Origin: Hyphomonadaceae bacterium
GTDB taxonomy: Bacteria; Pseudomonadota; Alphaproteobacteria; Caulobacterales; Hyphomonadaceae
Assembly: GCA_028285145.1 (NCBI GenBank)
Contig: JANQQC010000006.1
Coordinates: 12,025-76,024 of the forward strand
DNA: 64,000 nt
Direction of reading: 5' to 3'
Shown here: piece by piece, positions 18,839-28,262 of the stretch
Layout: every line of letters begins with the position of its first letter
Numbering within the stretch: the first letter of the stretch is position 1
Translations under genes and position numbers: made by a program
Notes under the pieces: generated by a model
Database searches by the model: none
The model's input: the letters and a program-made list of their open reading frames with translations, nothing else
What the model was told of the DNA's origin: nothing

Positions 18839-20008
18839 ATGGATGGCGTCATGACTGATGAAGCTGACACCGAAGCGCTGAAACGAACGCCGCTTTACGA
18901 CTGCCATGTCGCGGCGGACGGTAGGATGGTGCCTTTTGCCGGTTACGAGATGCCAGTCCAGTTCGAGGGTGTGAAACCTGAGCATTTGTGGACGAGAGCG
19001 CATGCCGGACTGTTTGATGTCTCTCATATGGGCCCTTGCTTTCTGACCCTGAAAGGCGGACCGCGGGAAGGGGACGCCGCTCACCACGCGATCGCGTCCA
19101 TTCTGGAACAGCTTGTCCCCAGCGACATTGCGGCTCTTAAGCCGGGACAGTCGCGCCTCACCGTCCTGCTGGCCGAAGATGGTGGTATTCTTGACGATCT
19201 CATCGTGACCCGGCCCCTGGCGGCAGACCGGCAGGGGATGCTCTACATCGTCGTCAACGGTGCTGTAAAAGAGCGGGATTTTGCGCTGATAGAGGCCACT
19301 GCCGGCGACAAGGCCGAGCTGATGCGGGCTGATGACCGTATTCTATTTGCTCTTCAGGGACCCGAGGCTGAAGACGTACTGAGCCGGCATTTTCCAGAAT
19401 GCCGTGGGCTCACCTTCATGCAAAGCCAGCGGATGTTCTGGAGCGATGCCCGCTGTCTGGTCTCGCGCTGTGGCTATACGGGCGAGGATGGGTTCGAGGT
19501 TCTGGTTCCGGCTGAGCAGGGCAAAACGCTGGTTGAGGTTCTTCTTGAAGATCCGCGCGTTAAACCGATTGGGCTCGGTGCGCGGGACTCGCTGCGTCTT
19601 GAAGCCGGACTTTGCCTCTATGGACACGATCTGGACCCGAGCCGCGATCCTGTCGAAGCCGATCTTGCCTGGGTGATTCAGAAATCACGACGCATGAGAG
19701 GCGATTTTCCGGGCGCTGACCGGATCACCAAAGCGCTCGCCGATGGCCCGGTAGAGAAACGTGTCGGCATTCGGCCGCTGGAGCGCGCGCCTGCGCGTGA
19801 GGGCACAGAGATTCATGTCGGTGGCACCAAGGTGGGCGTGGTGACGTCCGGTGGTTTTGGGCCGAGCGTCGATGGTCCGGTGGCCATGGGCTATGTGCGG
19901 GCCGATCTCGCCGAGCCGGGCACGGCTGTGCATCTGATGGTTCGCGGCAAGGAGCGGCCGGGCGAGGTCTGTGCGTTGCCGTTCACACCGGCAAATTACA
20001 AACGATAG
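18839..20008 (+). CDS. gcvT: Glycine cleavage system aminomethyltransferase (T protein)
   Basis: It has FDVSHMG and RDSLRLEAG motifs. The start is either 18839 or the ATG at 18851. Confidence 0.92.
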   Translation: MDGVMTDEADTEALKRTPLYDCHVAADGRMVPFAGYEMPVQFEGVKPEHLWTRAHAGLFDVSHMGPCFLTLKGGPREGDAAHHAIASILEQLVPSDIAALKPGQSRLTVLLAEDGGILDDLIVTRPLAADRQGMLYIVVNGAVKERDFALIEATAGDKAELMRADDRILFALQGPEAEDVLSRHFPECRGLTFMQSQRMFWSDARCLVSRCGYTGEDGFEVLVPAEQGKTLVEVLLEDPRVKPIGLGARDSLRLEAGLCLYGHDLDPSRDPVEADLAWVIQKSRRMRGDFPGADRITKALADGPVEKRVGIRPLERAPAREGTEIHVGGTKVGVVTSGGFGPSVDGPVAMGYVRADLAEPGTAVHLMVRGKERPGEVCALPFTPANYKR

Positions 20009-20022
20009 AGGGGTTTTGAGCG

Positions 20023-20394
20023 ATGGCGGTCAAATATACGGAAGACCATGAATGGATCAGCGTCGATGGCGATGTCGGCACGGTCGGTATTACCAAATAC
20101 GCTGCTGAACAGCTTGGCGATGTTGTGTTCGTTGAGACACCCGACAGCGGAAGCACCTACAAAAAGGGCGACGACATGGCAGTCGTCGAGAGTGTGAAGG
20201 CGGCCTCAGACGTGTACGCGCCGGTTTCGGGTGAGATCACTGAGGGCAATCCGGCGCTCGCTGAAACGCCGGAGACCGTCAATGAGGATCCCGAAGGCAC
20301 CGGCTGGTTTTGCAAGATCAAGCTGAGCGATGCGGGCGAGCTTGAGAGCCTGATGGACGAAGCTGCCTACAAGTCTTTCTGCGAGGGTCTGTAG
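20023..20394 (+). CDS. gcvH: Glycine cleavage system H protein
   Basis: 123 aa with the lipoyl-lysine motif VESVKAASD. Confidence 0.95.
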   Translation: MAVKYTEDHEWISVDGDVGTVGITKYAAEQLGDVVFVETPDSGSTYKKGDDMAVVESVKAASDVYAPVSGEITEGNPALAETPETVNEDPEGTGWFCKIKLSDAGELESLMDEAAYKSFCEGL

Positions 20395-20397
20395 GGT

Positions 20398-21006
20398 ATG
20401 CATCCGTCACCGACCTTTCGCGGAACTGAAGCCGATGCGCGCGCGGTGATTGATGCTGCGCCTCTGGCAACCGTTGCTGTGAACGGGGACGTGGGTCCTG
20501 TTATTGCTCTTGCACCGCTAATCTTGCGCGAGGATGGCCGCAGGCTTCTGGGGCATGTCTCGCGTGCAAATCCTTTTTGGCGCTGCGCGGAGGCTGGCGC
20601 GGTGCCGGCGGTGGCTATCTTTCACGCCGGCGACGCATACGTGTCACCGTCGGCGTACCCGTCCAAGGCTGATCATGGCCGTGTCGTTCCGACGTGGAAC
20701 TATGTGGCGGTCGAGGCGCGTGGGCAGCTCACTCTCGAAACAAATCCGCATCTGATGCGCGAATACATCGAGCCGCTAACAAACCGGATGGAAGATGGGC
20801 GCGCGGCACCTTGGAAGGTCGATGACGCGCCAGAGGATTACACAGCGCGCTTATCCACCGGAATTGTTGGCTTTGAGATCGAGGTCACAGCGCTCACCTG
20901 CATCAGGAAGCTGAGTCAGAACAAGGACCCATCAGATCGCGCCGGAGTGCGAGCGGCGTTTGAGGCTGATGGCAACGCGCTTGCGTTGGAGATGGAAAGG
21001 GAATGA
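20398..21006 (+). CDS. PaiB-family FMN-binding putative transcriptional regulator
   Basis: 202 aa. [13 protein letters not shown] and the overall pattern are typical of PaiB-like pyridoxamine-oxidase-fold proteins. Confidence 0.7.
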   Translation: MHPSPTFRGTEADARAVIDAAPLATVAVNGDVGPVIALAPLILREDGRRLLGHVSRANPFWRCAEAGAVPAVAIFHAGDAYVSPSAYPSKADHGRVVPTWNYVAVEARGQLTLETNPHLMREYIEPLTNRMEDGRAAPWKVDDAPEDYTARLSTGIVGFEIEVTALTCIRKLSQNKDPSDRAGVRAAFEADGNALALEMERE

Positions 21007-21010
21007 CCCA

Positions 21011-22354
21011 ATGAGATATCTGCCGCTCACACCCGAGGACCGACGGGACATGCTGAATGTCATCGGCGCGGCCTCTGTCGATGCGTTCTATGAAGACGTT
21101 CCCGAGGCGGCGCGTTTTTCTGGCCTGATTGAGGGCCTGCCCAATCATCAGGGCGAACTGGCAGTCGAGCGCCATCTTTCCTCGCTCGCTGCCAAGAACC
21201 GCACAGCCGGCGAGGGGCGGTTCTTTGTCGGGTGTGGAGCCTACAAGCACCATGTCCCAGCCACCGTTGATCACATCATCCAGCGTTCCGAATTCCTGAC
21301 CACTTATACCCCTTATCAGCCGGAAATCGCGCAGGGGACCCTGCAGACCCTTTTTGAGTTTCAGACTCAGGTGGCAGAGCTGACGGCGATGGATGTGGCC
21401 AATGCATCCATGTATGACGGGTCGACCGCCTGTGCCGAGGCCGCGCTGATGGCCTGCCGTGTGACGAAGCGCAGAAAGGTGGTTCTCTCGGGTGGGCTCC
21501 ATCCCCATTACGCAGCGGCGACGCGGACGCTCTGTGAAGCTCAAGGGATTAAAGTGGTGGCGCTCGATCCTGCGGTCGACGGCGAACTGGAGCTGTCGAA
21601 ATCGGTCGATAGCGAGACCGCGTGCTTAGTCGGTCAGAGCCCGAACGTCTTCGGCACTGTGACCGATCTTTCACCGGTGTCTGAGGCGGCGCACGCACAA
21701 GGCGCGTTGATGGTGTCGGTTTTCACCGAAGCGGTCAGCCTTGGCCTTGCAAAGCCCCCAGGAGAAATGGACGCTGACATTGCGGTTGGAGAAGGCCAGT
21801 CCATCGGCAACCCGCTGACATTTGGCGGACCCTATGTCGGGCTGTTTGCCGCAACGCAGAAACTCGTTCGTCAGATGCCGGGGCGGCTGTGCGGTGAGAC
21901 CGTCGATGCTGAAGGTAAGCGCGGCTTTGTGCTGACACTGTCGACGCGCGAGCAGCATATCCGACGCGACAAGGCGACATCGAATATCTGTACCAATTCA
22001 GGCCTTTGTGCGCTGGCCTTTACAGCTCACATGACACTGCTTGGAGGGACCGGTCTGAAGCAACTGGCGCAGCTCAATCATGAGGCGGCCGGCGCGCTCG
22101 CCGATGCGCTGGAGGCCGTACCGGGTGTTGAAGTGATCACGCCGCGTTTCTTCAACGAGTTCGCGTTTCGCACCCCGGTGAATGCCGAAGCTGTTCTGGC
22201 AATGCTGGATGAGAAGGGTGTGATTGGCGGTGTCCGGGCCAATCGCCTCCTGCCGGGGGCAGGCATGAGCGATGTGATTATCTGTGCCGCAACAGAATGC
22301 ACGACGGCGGAGGATATTGCCGCCTATGCTGATGCACTGAAGGAGGTGCTGTGA
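21011..22354 (+). CDS. gcvPA: Glycine dehydrogenase (decarboxylating) subunit 1
   Basis: It begins [15 protein letters not shown], typical of GcvPA. The ATG at 21011 lies 4 nt after the paiB-like stop. Confidence 0.92.
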   Translation: MRYLPLTPEDRRDMLNVIGAASVDAFYEDVPEAARFSGLIEGLPNHQGELAVERHLSSLAAKNRTAGEGRFFVGCGAYKHHVPATVDHIIQRSEFLTTYTPYQPEIAQGTLQTLFEFQTQVAELTAMDVANASMYDGSTACAEAALMACRVTKRRKVVLSGGLHPHYAAATRTLCEAQGIKVVALDPAVDGELELSKSVDSETACLVGQSPNVFGTVTDLSPVSEAAHAQGALMVSVFTEAVSLGLAKPPGEMDADIAVGEGQSIGNPLTFGGPYVGLFAATQKLVRQMPGRLCGETVDAEGKRGFVLTLSTREQHIRRDKATSNICTNSGLCALAFTAHMTLLGGTGLKQLAQLNHEAAGALADALEAVPGVEVITPRFFNEFAFRTPVNAEAVLAMLDEKGVIGGVRANRLLPGAGMSDVIICAATECTTAEDIAAYADALKEVL

Positions 22355-23925
22355 TGGCCATGAATTCGAGCGGCCGAAGGACGGCTCCCGTTTCTGCCAG
22401 CAATGATGAGACGCACACGGTGTCGGGCTCTCGCGGCCTGCTTCAGCGTGAAGACCTGATCTTCGAGTTTGGCTCCACGAAAGAGACAGGCGTTGATCTG
22501 CCAGAGCCGGGCGGTAAGCCGGACAGGCTGGGCGGTGTTTCCCGGTCAAGAGATGTCGAACTGCCCGGGCTGTCCGAACCGGAAACGGTTCGTCACTATG
22601 TCCGCCTGTCCCAGCGCAACTATGCGATCGATCTTGGTCTATTTCCGCTTGGCTCGTGCACCATGAAGCACAATCCACGGCTGAATGAGCGGATGGCGCG
22701 CCTGCCAGGCTTTGCCGATGTGCATCCGATGCAACCCCAGAGTACGGCGCAGGGAGCGCTGGAGCTGATCGATCAGCTTGCGAGCTGGCTGACAACCCTC
22801 ACCGGCATGCCGGCGGTCGCAATGAGCCCCAAGGCAGGGGCGCATGGCGAGCTCTGCGGTATGCTCGCCATCCGGAAGGCGCTTGAGGCACGTGGCGAGC
22901 TCGATACCCGCCGGCGCGTGCTTGTTCCCGCCTCGGCGCACGGCACGAACCCGGCGACGGCGATCCAGTGCGGTTTCACCGTCGATGAGATTGGGGCAGA
23001 TGCCCGAGGCCGGGTCGATATGGCCGAGCTGCGCGAGAAGCTGACCGACGGCGCGGATGTGGCCGGAATCATGCTGACCAATCCGAACACGTGCGGGCTT
23101 TTTGAAACCGACATCCGTGAGATTGCCGATCTAATCCACGATGCAGGTGGCTACTTCTACTGCGATGGCGCGAACTTCAACGCGATCATGGGGCGTGTGC
23201 GTCCGGGCGATCTCGGAATCGACGCGATGCACATTAATCTGCACAAGACCTTTTCCACGCCGCATGGCGGCGGTGGCCCGGGGTCTGGCCCGACGGTTCT
23301 CTCAGAAGCGCTGGCCCCGTTTACGCCCGTCCCGTTCATTGTCCGGGATGAGGACGGGACCTTCCATCTGGTCGAAGAGGACCGGGAAGAGGCCGAGCAG
23401 AGCTTTGGCCGGATGACGGCCTTTCATGGTCAGATGGGCATGTTTGTCCGTGCGCTCTCCTACATGTTGAGCCATGGGGCTGACGGGTTGAAGCAGGCTG
23501 CTGAAGATGCGGTGTTAAATGCGAATTATATTCAGGCGCGGCTAAAATCCGTGATGACGCCCGCCTTCGACGGCTATTGTATGCACGAGGCATTGTTTTC
23601 CGACGCGTTCGCCGCTGATGACATCGAAACTATCGATATTGCGAAAGCGCTGATCGATGAGGGTTATCACCCGATGACCATGTACTTCCCACTGGTTGTG
23701 CATGGCGCGATGCTGATCGAGCCAACGGAGACTGAAAGCAAGGCAGAGCTTGATCGGTTCTGCGAGGCGCTGGAGAGCGTCGCACAGCGGGCGGCCTCAG
23801 GAGACCCAAGCATGAAGGCAGCACCGATGCTGGCTCCGATACGTCGCCTTGATGAGACGCGTGCGGCGCGCAAGCCGATCCTGAAATGGACCCCACCCGA
23901 GCCGGAAGCGATCGCGGCGGAGTGA
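22351..23925 (+). CDS. gcvPB: Glycine dehydrogenase (decarboxylating) subunit 2
   Basis: It has the PLP-lysine region [16 protein letters not shown] and a 4-nt overlap with gcvPA. Confidence 0.92.
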   Translation: MMAMNSSGRRTAPVSASNDETHTVSGSRGLLQREDLIFEFGSTKETGVDLPEPGGKPDRLGGVSRSRDVELPGLSEPETVRHYVRLSQRNYAIDLGLFPLGSCTMKHNPRLNERMARLPGFADVHPMQPQSTAQGALELIDQLASWLTTLTGMPAVAMSPKAGAHGELCGMLAIRKALEARGELDTRRRVLVPASAHGTNPATAIQCGFTVDEIGADARGRVDMAELREKLTDGADVAGIMLTNPNTCGLFETDIREIADLIHDAGGYFYCDGANFNAIMGRVRPGDLGIDAMHINLHKTFSTPHGGGGPGSGPTVLSEALAPFTPVPFIVRDEDGTFHLVEEDREEAEQSFGRMTAFHGQMGMFVRALSYMLSHGADGLKQAAEDAVLNANYIQARLKSVMTPAFDGYCMHEALFSDAFAADDIETIDIAKALIDEGYHPMTMYFPLVVHGAMLIEPTETESKAELDRFCEALESVAQRAASGDPSMKAAPMLAPIRRLDETRAARKPILKWTPPEPEAIAAE

Positions 23926-23929
23926 CCCT

Positions 23930-25123
23930 CTACCAGATCGCTGCGCGAATGGGGCTTGGGCGGAGTTGTTCGTTGCTCGACGCAAAGAGCGCGGTGCGCG
24001 CCTTGCCGAGCTGGCGCAGCAGGGGTTTTTCGATGAAGCGGTATGCGAGCCATGACACGATGATGGCCAGCATCAAGCCGCTAACGAGAAAGAAGAGGTT
24101 GTCAGCCAGCCCCGGCGATCCGATGCGTAGCATTCCCGTGATCACCGGCGCGTCGATGCCTGACGTTTCCAAAGCGTCTGCCGCCATCGGCGAAAGGGCT
24201 TCGACGGACTTCAATGTCAGCATGTGGCTGAGATAAAACGCGTACGACCAGTCGCCGAGATCGACGAGAGCCGAGGGCATCTTGACCCGACCCGCAATGT
24301 CGAGGCTCGCAAAACCGTAGACAAGCAGCGCGCACGGCATCGCGAACCACATGACCCGGCCCCACCCCAGCATGGCGGCATCATTATCGCCCTGCAGCGT
24401 GAGCGCCGCGATCATCCAGATCGTGCCGATGAGCGCGATGAGGCCCGGTTTCCAGCGTCTTCCATTGACCACAAGCAACCCCGTGAAGGCACCGAGGATG
24501 AATTCCAGTGTCATTGGATGGAAAATGAGGCTGAGCACATCTGTGGCCACAGGACCTGACAGCCCTGCATAGGCCCCGATCGCAACAATGACCGCCCAGA
24601 CAGCCAGAAGCCCCGGCAGGTAGCGCCGGGGCACGAGCAGGAACGCGGCAAAGACGAAGTAGAAATAGATCTCGTGAATCAGCGTCCAGCCAACGCTGAG
24701 GACGGGGTAGACCGGATGCGGGATCAGAAAAAGCGAAGAGAGGATGTGCTGTCCCTCGGACACTCCATGCAAGGCCAACCGTTCTTCATTTAGCGGCGCA
24801 CCGGTGCTGAACCAGAATGCGAGCATCGCCAGGACTGCGAAAATCCACCAGAGCGGATAGATACGCGCAATGCGGGCAAACATGAACGCTGCGGAGGTCT
24901 TGGCGGAGGGCGATACAAGCCCCGTGACGAAGACCATGATGAAGCCCGAGATGACAAAGAACAGATCAACGCCGACATAGCCATTGGTCCAGAGCCCGGC
25001 CACGAGCGGCGTTTCCGGACTCCCTGCGGCGGCAAGCGCGGCAGATTCCATCGCTGACACATGAAAGAGGAAGACGAGAAGAACGGCGACGCCCCGCAGG
25101 GCCTGAATCGAATGCAGCTTCAT
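23930..25123 (-). CDS. Acyltransferase family 3 (OafA-like) membrane protein
   Basis: 397 aa with about 10 TM helices and the N-terminal motif LRGVAVLLVFLFH. Confidence 0.8.
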   Translation of the reverse strand: MKLHSIQALRGVAVLLVFLFHVSAMESAALAAAGSPETPLVAGLWTNGYVGVDLFFVISGFIMVFVTGLVSPSAKTSAAFMFARIARIYPLWWIFAVLAMLAFWFSTGAPLNEERLALHGVSEGQHILSSLFLIPHPVYPVLSVGWTLIHEIYFYFVFAAFLLVPRRYLPGLLAVWAVIVAIGAYAGLSGPVATDVLSLIFHPMTLEFILGAFTGLLVVNGRRWKPGLIALIGTIWMIAALTLQGDNDAAMLGWGRVMWFAMPCALLVYGFASLDIAGRVKMPSALVDLGDWSYAFYLSHMLTLKSVEALSPMAADALETSGIDAPVITGMLRIGSPGLADNLFFLVSGLMLAIIVSWLAYRFIEKPLLRQLGKARTALFASSNEQLRPSPIRAAIW

Positions 25124-25276
25124 GAACTCAACACGCGCCTTCGAACTGCCTGGTGCCCGGATACTGCCAGTGTCCGGCTTGGCAAGTGTTAGAACACGTG
25201 CCGTGAGTGTGCCAGACTTTCAACACATCATTGTGTGGATATGGCCAAGGCTTTAATTAAGCCCATATAAGTTCTG

Positions 25277-25636
25277 ATGGCAGATTCCGAACGCGACCCC
25301 TTTGATATGACACGGCCCGCTCCGGCGGTAACTGACCAACCTATCGCCGCCGTCGGGCAGGGGATGCGGACGCTGGTGCGCCAGCTCTTCGCGATTCTAG
25401 GGCTTGTGCTGATTATTGTCGGCGTTCCGATCGCGCTCGTCACGCCGTTCCCGTTTGTGCCGATTGGCCTTCCCATCGTCATTCTGGGCGTTGCCTTGTT
25501 GGGTCGAAACTCAATGTGGGGGCGTAACTGGATGGAAGGCGTCCTGGCGCGCCATCCAAAGATCGAGCGCTTTGCGCCAAACTGGCTGATGAAGCTGGTT
25601 TTTGCGCGAGAGAAACGCGTTCGGTCGAGCGTTTAA
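25277..25636 (+). CDS. Small membrane protein (2 TM), unknown function
   Basis: It has two adjacent hydrophobic helices (FAILGLVLIIVGVPIALV / PIGLPIVILGVALLG). It is convergent with atpF with a 4-nt overlap. Confidence 0.5.
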   Translation: MADSERDPFDMTRPAPAVTDQPIAAVGQGMRTLVRQLFAILGLVLIIVGVPIALVTPFPFVPIGLPIVILGVALLGRNSMWGRNWMEGVLARHPKIERFAPNWLMKLVFAREKRVRSSV

Positions 25637-26217
25637 CCGAGCGCTTTTTCGATTTCCTGAGCAGCGCGATCGAATTGATCAACGCTTCCATCCTCGGACA
25701 GAATGGAACGAGCTGCGCGCGTTGCGGCATCAGCAGCTGCGCGGCGGACTTCTTCAGCAGCTTCTGCTTCTGCGCGGGCGATCCGTGACTCTGCAAGCGC
25801 TTCACGGCGCTTCAGGCGCTGATCCAGATCCTTGCGGGCCTGTTCCATCATGTTTTTCGCATCGGCCTTTGCCTGGGCGACGATGGCTTTCGCTTCTTCG
25901 TCAGCGTCCTTCTGACGACGCTCAGCATCTGCGAGCGCCTTGGTCGCACGCTCGCGCAAGTCGCGGGCCTCGTTGAGTTCAGCTTCGATGGTCGTCGCGC
26001 GACTGTCGAGCGCCGACATGACCGCCTTGAATGCGCCGAGCCGCCAAACAATCAGGAGGAAAACAACCAGCGCAAGGAACGCTGTGTTCGTGACGTTATC
26101 AGTGAAGGAGTAGACGAATCCCGACCAGAACGCGTTGCCATCTTTAGCCGTTTCGGCTGCGAAGGCAGTTTGCCCAGCGAGGACAGAACCGGAGAGCGCA
26201 AGGAGGAAACGTGTCAT
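25633..26217 (-). CDS. atpF: F0F1 ATP synthase subunit b
   Basis: One N-terminal TM helix followed by a long charged A/E/K/R helix. It is the last gene of the F0 cluster. Confidence 0.85.
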   Translation of the reverse strand: MTRFLLALSGSVLAGQTAFAAETAKDGNAFWSGFVYSFTDNVTNTAFLALVVFLLIVWRLGAFKAVMSALDSRATTIEAELNEARDLRERATKALADAERRQKDADEEAKAIVAQAKADAKNMMEQARKDLDQRLKRREALAESRIARAEAEAAEEVRRAAADAATRAARSILSEDGSVDQFDRAAQEIEKALG

Positions 26218-26227
26218 CGCAGACGTC

Positions 26228-26764
26228 CTAATTCAGAGCCGCCTTAACGGCTGATGTGACGTCGCTCGCCGAAGGCTTCACGCCAAACCGTCCGGCAATC
26301 GCTGACGCAGCATCGGTTGCCACGCTTTCGACGTTCGCCATCGCTTCGGCGCGGAGCTCGGAAATCCGCGCTTCGGCTTCAGCAAGCTTCTCGTCCATGT
26401 CCGCGTCGACTTTCGCGGTATCCCTGGCGATCTCGTCTTCCATCTTTGCGCGCGCTTCATTGGCAGTTTCGCGCGCCTTTGCGCGGGCTTCTGCCATGCG
26501 AAGTTCCAGCGCCTGCTGGGCCTCGACAGCCTGCTCATCCAGACGCGCCGCCTGATCGAGATCCGACGCGATGTGATCGCCTCGGCGTTCCATAGTCGCT
26601 GAGAGGCGGGGCAGGATCATTCTCGAAAGAACGATGTACAGCCCGCCGAAAAGCAGGGTGAGCCAGAACAGCTGAGACGGGAAGTGCCACGTCTCAAACG
26701 GCGGGAAGACCGGGGCCTCTCCGCTGTTCGCTGCGGCGTCAGCTGCGAGTGCAATCAACGACAT
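26228..26764 (-). CDS. atpF2: F0F1 ATP synthase subunit b'
   Basis: It has the same architecture as subunit b and sits between c and b, as in alphaproteobacterial F0 operons. Confidence 0.85.
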   Translation of the reverse strand: MSLIALAADAAANSGEAPVFPPFETWHFPSQLFWLTLLFGGLYIVLSRMILPRLSATMERRGDHIASDLDQAARLDEQAVEAQQALELRMAEARAKARETANEARAKMEDEIARDTAKVDADMDEKLAEAEARISELRAEAMANVESVATDAASAIAGRFGVKPSASDVTSAVKAALN

Positions 26765-26788
26765 GGAAGACCCTGTCTCTGAGCTCGT

Positions 26789-27025
26789 CTAGACGACGAA
26801 GAGGATCAGGATCGAAACGAGGAAGGCCAGGATGCCCAGGGCTTCCGAAAGCGCCATACCGATGAACAGGTTACCGGTCTGCTGCGGAGCAGCCGATGGG
26901 TTGCGCATGGCAGCGTCGAGGAATGAGCCGAAGATGTTGCCCACGCCGATTGCGGCACCGATCATGCCGAGCGTAGCAAGGCCTGCGCCGACATATTTGA
27001 GGCCGAGAGTGATGTCGCCTTCCAT
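26789..27025 (-). CDS. atpE: F0F1 ATP synthase subunit c
   Basis: 78 aa from the ATG at 27025, preceded by the SD AAGGGGAG. It has a GxGxGxG helix, the loop RNPS and the proton-carrying SEALGI. Confidence 0.9.
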   Translation of the reverse strand: MEGDITLGLKYVGAGLATLGMIGAAIGVGNIFGSFLDAAMRNPSAAPQQTGNLFIGMALSEALGILAFLVSILILFVV

Positions 27026-27133
27026 TGGAAACTCCCCTTTAGGAATAGCTGGATGTTTGAACCGTGCCCGTGAAGCGCGTTCGCGCGTGGGCGTCAAGTT
27101 GAAGCCTGCGACTATTTCGCCGCAGACGGCGGA

Positions 27134-27901
27134 TTAGTGCGCCGGATGAAGCGCGTCGTTCAGATAAACGCAGGTGAGAATTGCAAAAACATAGGCCTGC
27201 AGGGCCGCAACAAGGAATTCCAGAGCGTTAAGCGCGACACCCATGCCGAAGGCCAGAAAAGCAACCGGGATGTAGGCCGCACCGGCCCCAACCAGTGTCA
27301 CTGCAAAGCCGGCAAACAGCTTCAGCATGATGTGACCGGCCAGCATGTTGGCAAACAGTCGAAGCGAGAGGGTGAGCGGGCGCGCAAAGAACGAAATGAT
27401 TTCGATCGGCATCAGCAGTGGCATGATGTACCACGGCGCACCGGAAGGCGCGAAGAGCTTCAGGAAGCCGAGGCCGTTCTTGTAGAAGCCATAGCCAATG
27501 ACAATCGCCATCACGAGCAGCGCGAGCGCGGCGGTGACAATGATGTGGCTTGTCGTTGTGAAGGCGTAAGGGCTCATCCCGATCATGTTGGCGAAGAAGA
27601 TGAAGAAGAAGAGCGTGAAGACGAACGGGAAGAATTTCAGGCCTTCTTCGCCCGCCACGCTGCGCACCATGTCAGCCACGAAGCCGTAGCCCATTTCACC
27701 AATGGACTGTATGCGCGAAGGCACCAGCTGACCGCGAGAGGCTGCATAACCAAAGAATGCGATGACCATCGTGACGCCGAGCAACATGAAACCGCTGGCA
27801 TTCGTGAAGGACAGATCAACGCCGCCGACCTTGAGGTCGAACCATTTGACGACCTCGAACTGTTTGATCGGGTCTGCGATTTGCCGAAACTGCAAGTCCA
27901 T
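27134..27901 (-). CDS. atpB: F0F1 ATP synthase subunit a
   Basis: 255 aa containing the essential-Arg helix LSLRLFANMLAGH. Confidence 0.92.
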   Translation of the reverse strand: MDLQFRQIADPIKQFEVVKWFDLKVGGVDLSFTNASGFMLLGVTMVIAFFGYAASRGQLVPSRIQSIGEMGYGFVADMVRSVAGEEGLKFFPFVFTLFFFIFFANMIGMSPYAFTTTSHIIVTAALALLVMAIVIGYGFYKNGLGFLKLFAPSGAPWYIMPLLMPIEIISFFARPLTLSLRLFANMLAGHIMLKLFAGFAVTLVGAGAAYIPVAFLAFGMGVALNALEFLVAALQAYVFAILTCVYLNDALHPAH

Positions 27902-28252
27902 CTAGGGAATCTTCTCGCCGGTTGACGTTTTCGGGGCGTCTGTTTCATCGCTTGGTGCGACTGTCAACTGGCGGTATGCGCGCACCACGTTCAGGATTCC
28001 GGCAGCGAGCCCGAAGCCAAGCATCACCAGTAGGCCCCATGGTTCTGTTTCGAAGAAATGGTCGATCAAAAGACCAAAGACAATGCCGACGAAAACCGAC
28101 GCTCCGAATTCAGCGCCATAGCGCAGGGCAAGGGCTCCCGCGGTGTTCGCTTCATCGCCGACATCGCGCTGTTTTGGCGCAATCCTGGCATCGCGTGCTG
28201 CCTTTGCACGGGCAATCTCTTCCGACAGGGATTCTGGCTTGTCGTCAGACAT
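27902..28252 (-). CDS. atpI: AtpI/AtpZ-like ATP synthase accessory protein
   Basis: A small 2-TM protein immediately upstream of atpB, with stop and start adjacent. The ATG at 28252 is chosen; the longer 28330 start would overlap smc. Confidence 0.65.
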   Translation of the reverse strand: MSDDKPESLSEEIARAKAARDARIAPKQRDVGDEANTAGALALRYGAEFGASVFVGIVFGLLIDHFFETEPWGLLVMLGFGLAAGILNVVRAYRQLTVAPSDETDAPKTSTGEKIP

Positions 28253-28262
28253 TGATCTCTTC

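Noticed and set aside
25249-25263. A near-palindrome, GGCTTTAATTAAGCC, containing TTAATTAA. I considered it as a CtrA or other regulator site upstream of the 25277 membrane-protein gene.
   Set aside because: It lacks the TTAA-N7-TTAA spacing, is a single occurrence and is asymmetric at one position. The evidence is insufficient.
27137-27925. A 262-aa ORF on the + strand, antisense to atpB. Similar long antisense ORFs occur at 31338-32378, 43954-45060, 50761-51693, 16824-17825, 14757-15608, 9371-10051 and 39284-40003.
   Set aside because: Each lies opposite a strongly recognisable conserved gene. Their translations are Arg/Ala/Pro/Gly-rich and low in complexity with no motifs. This is typical of shadow ORFs in ~60% GC DNA.
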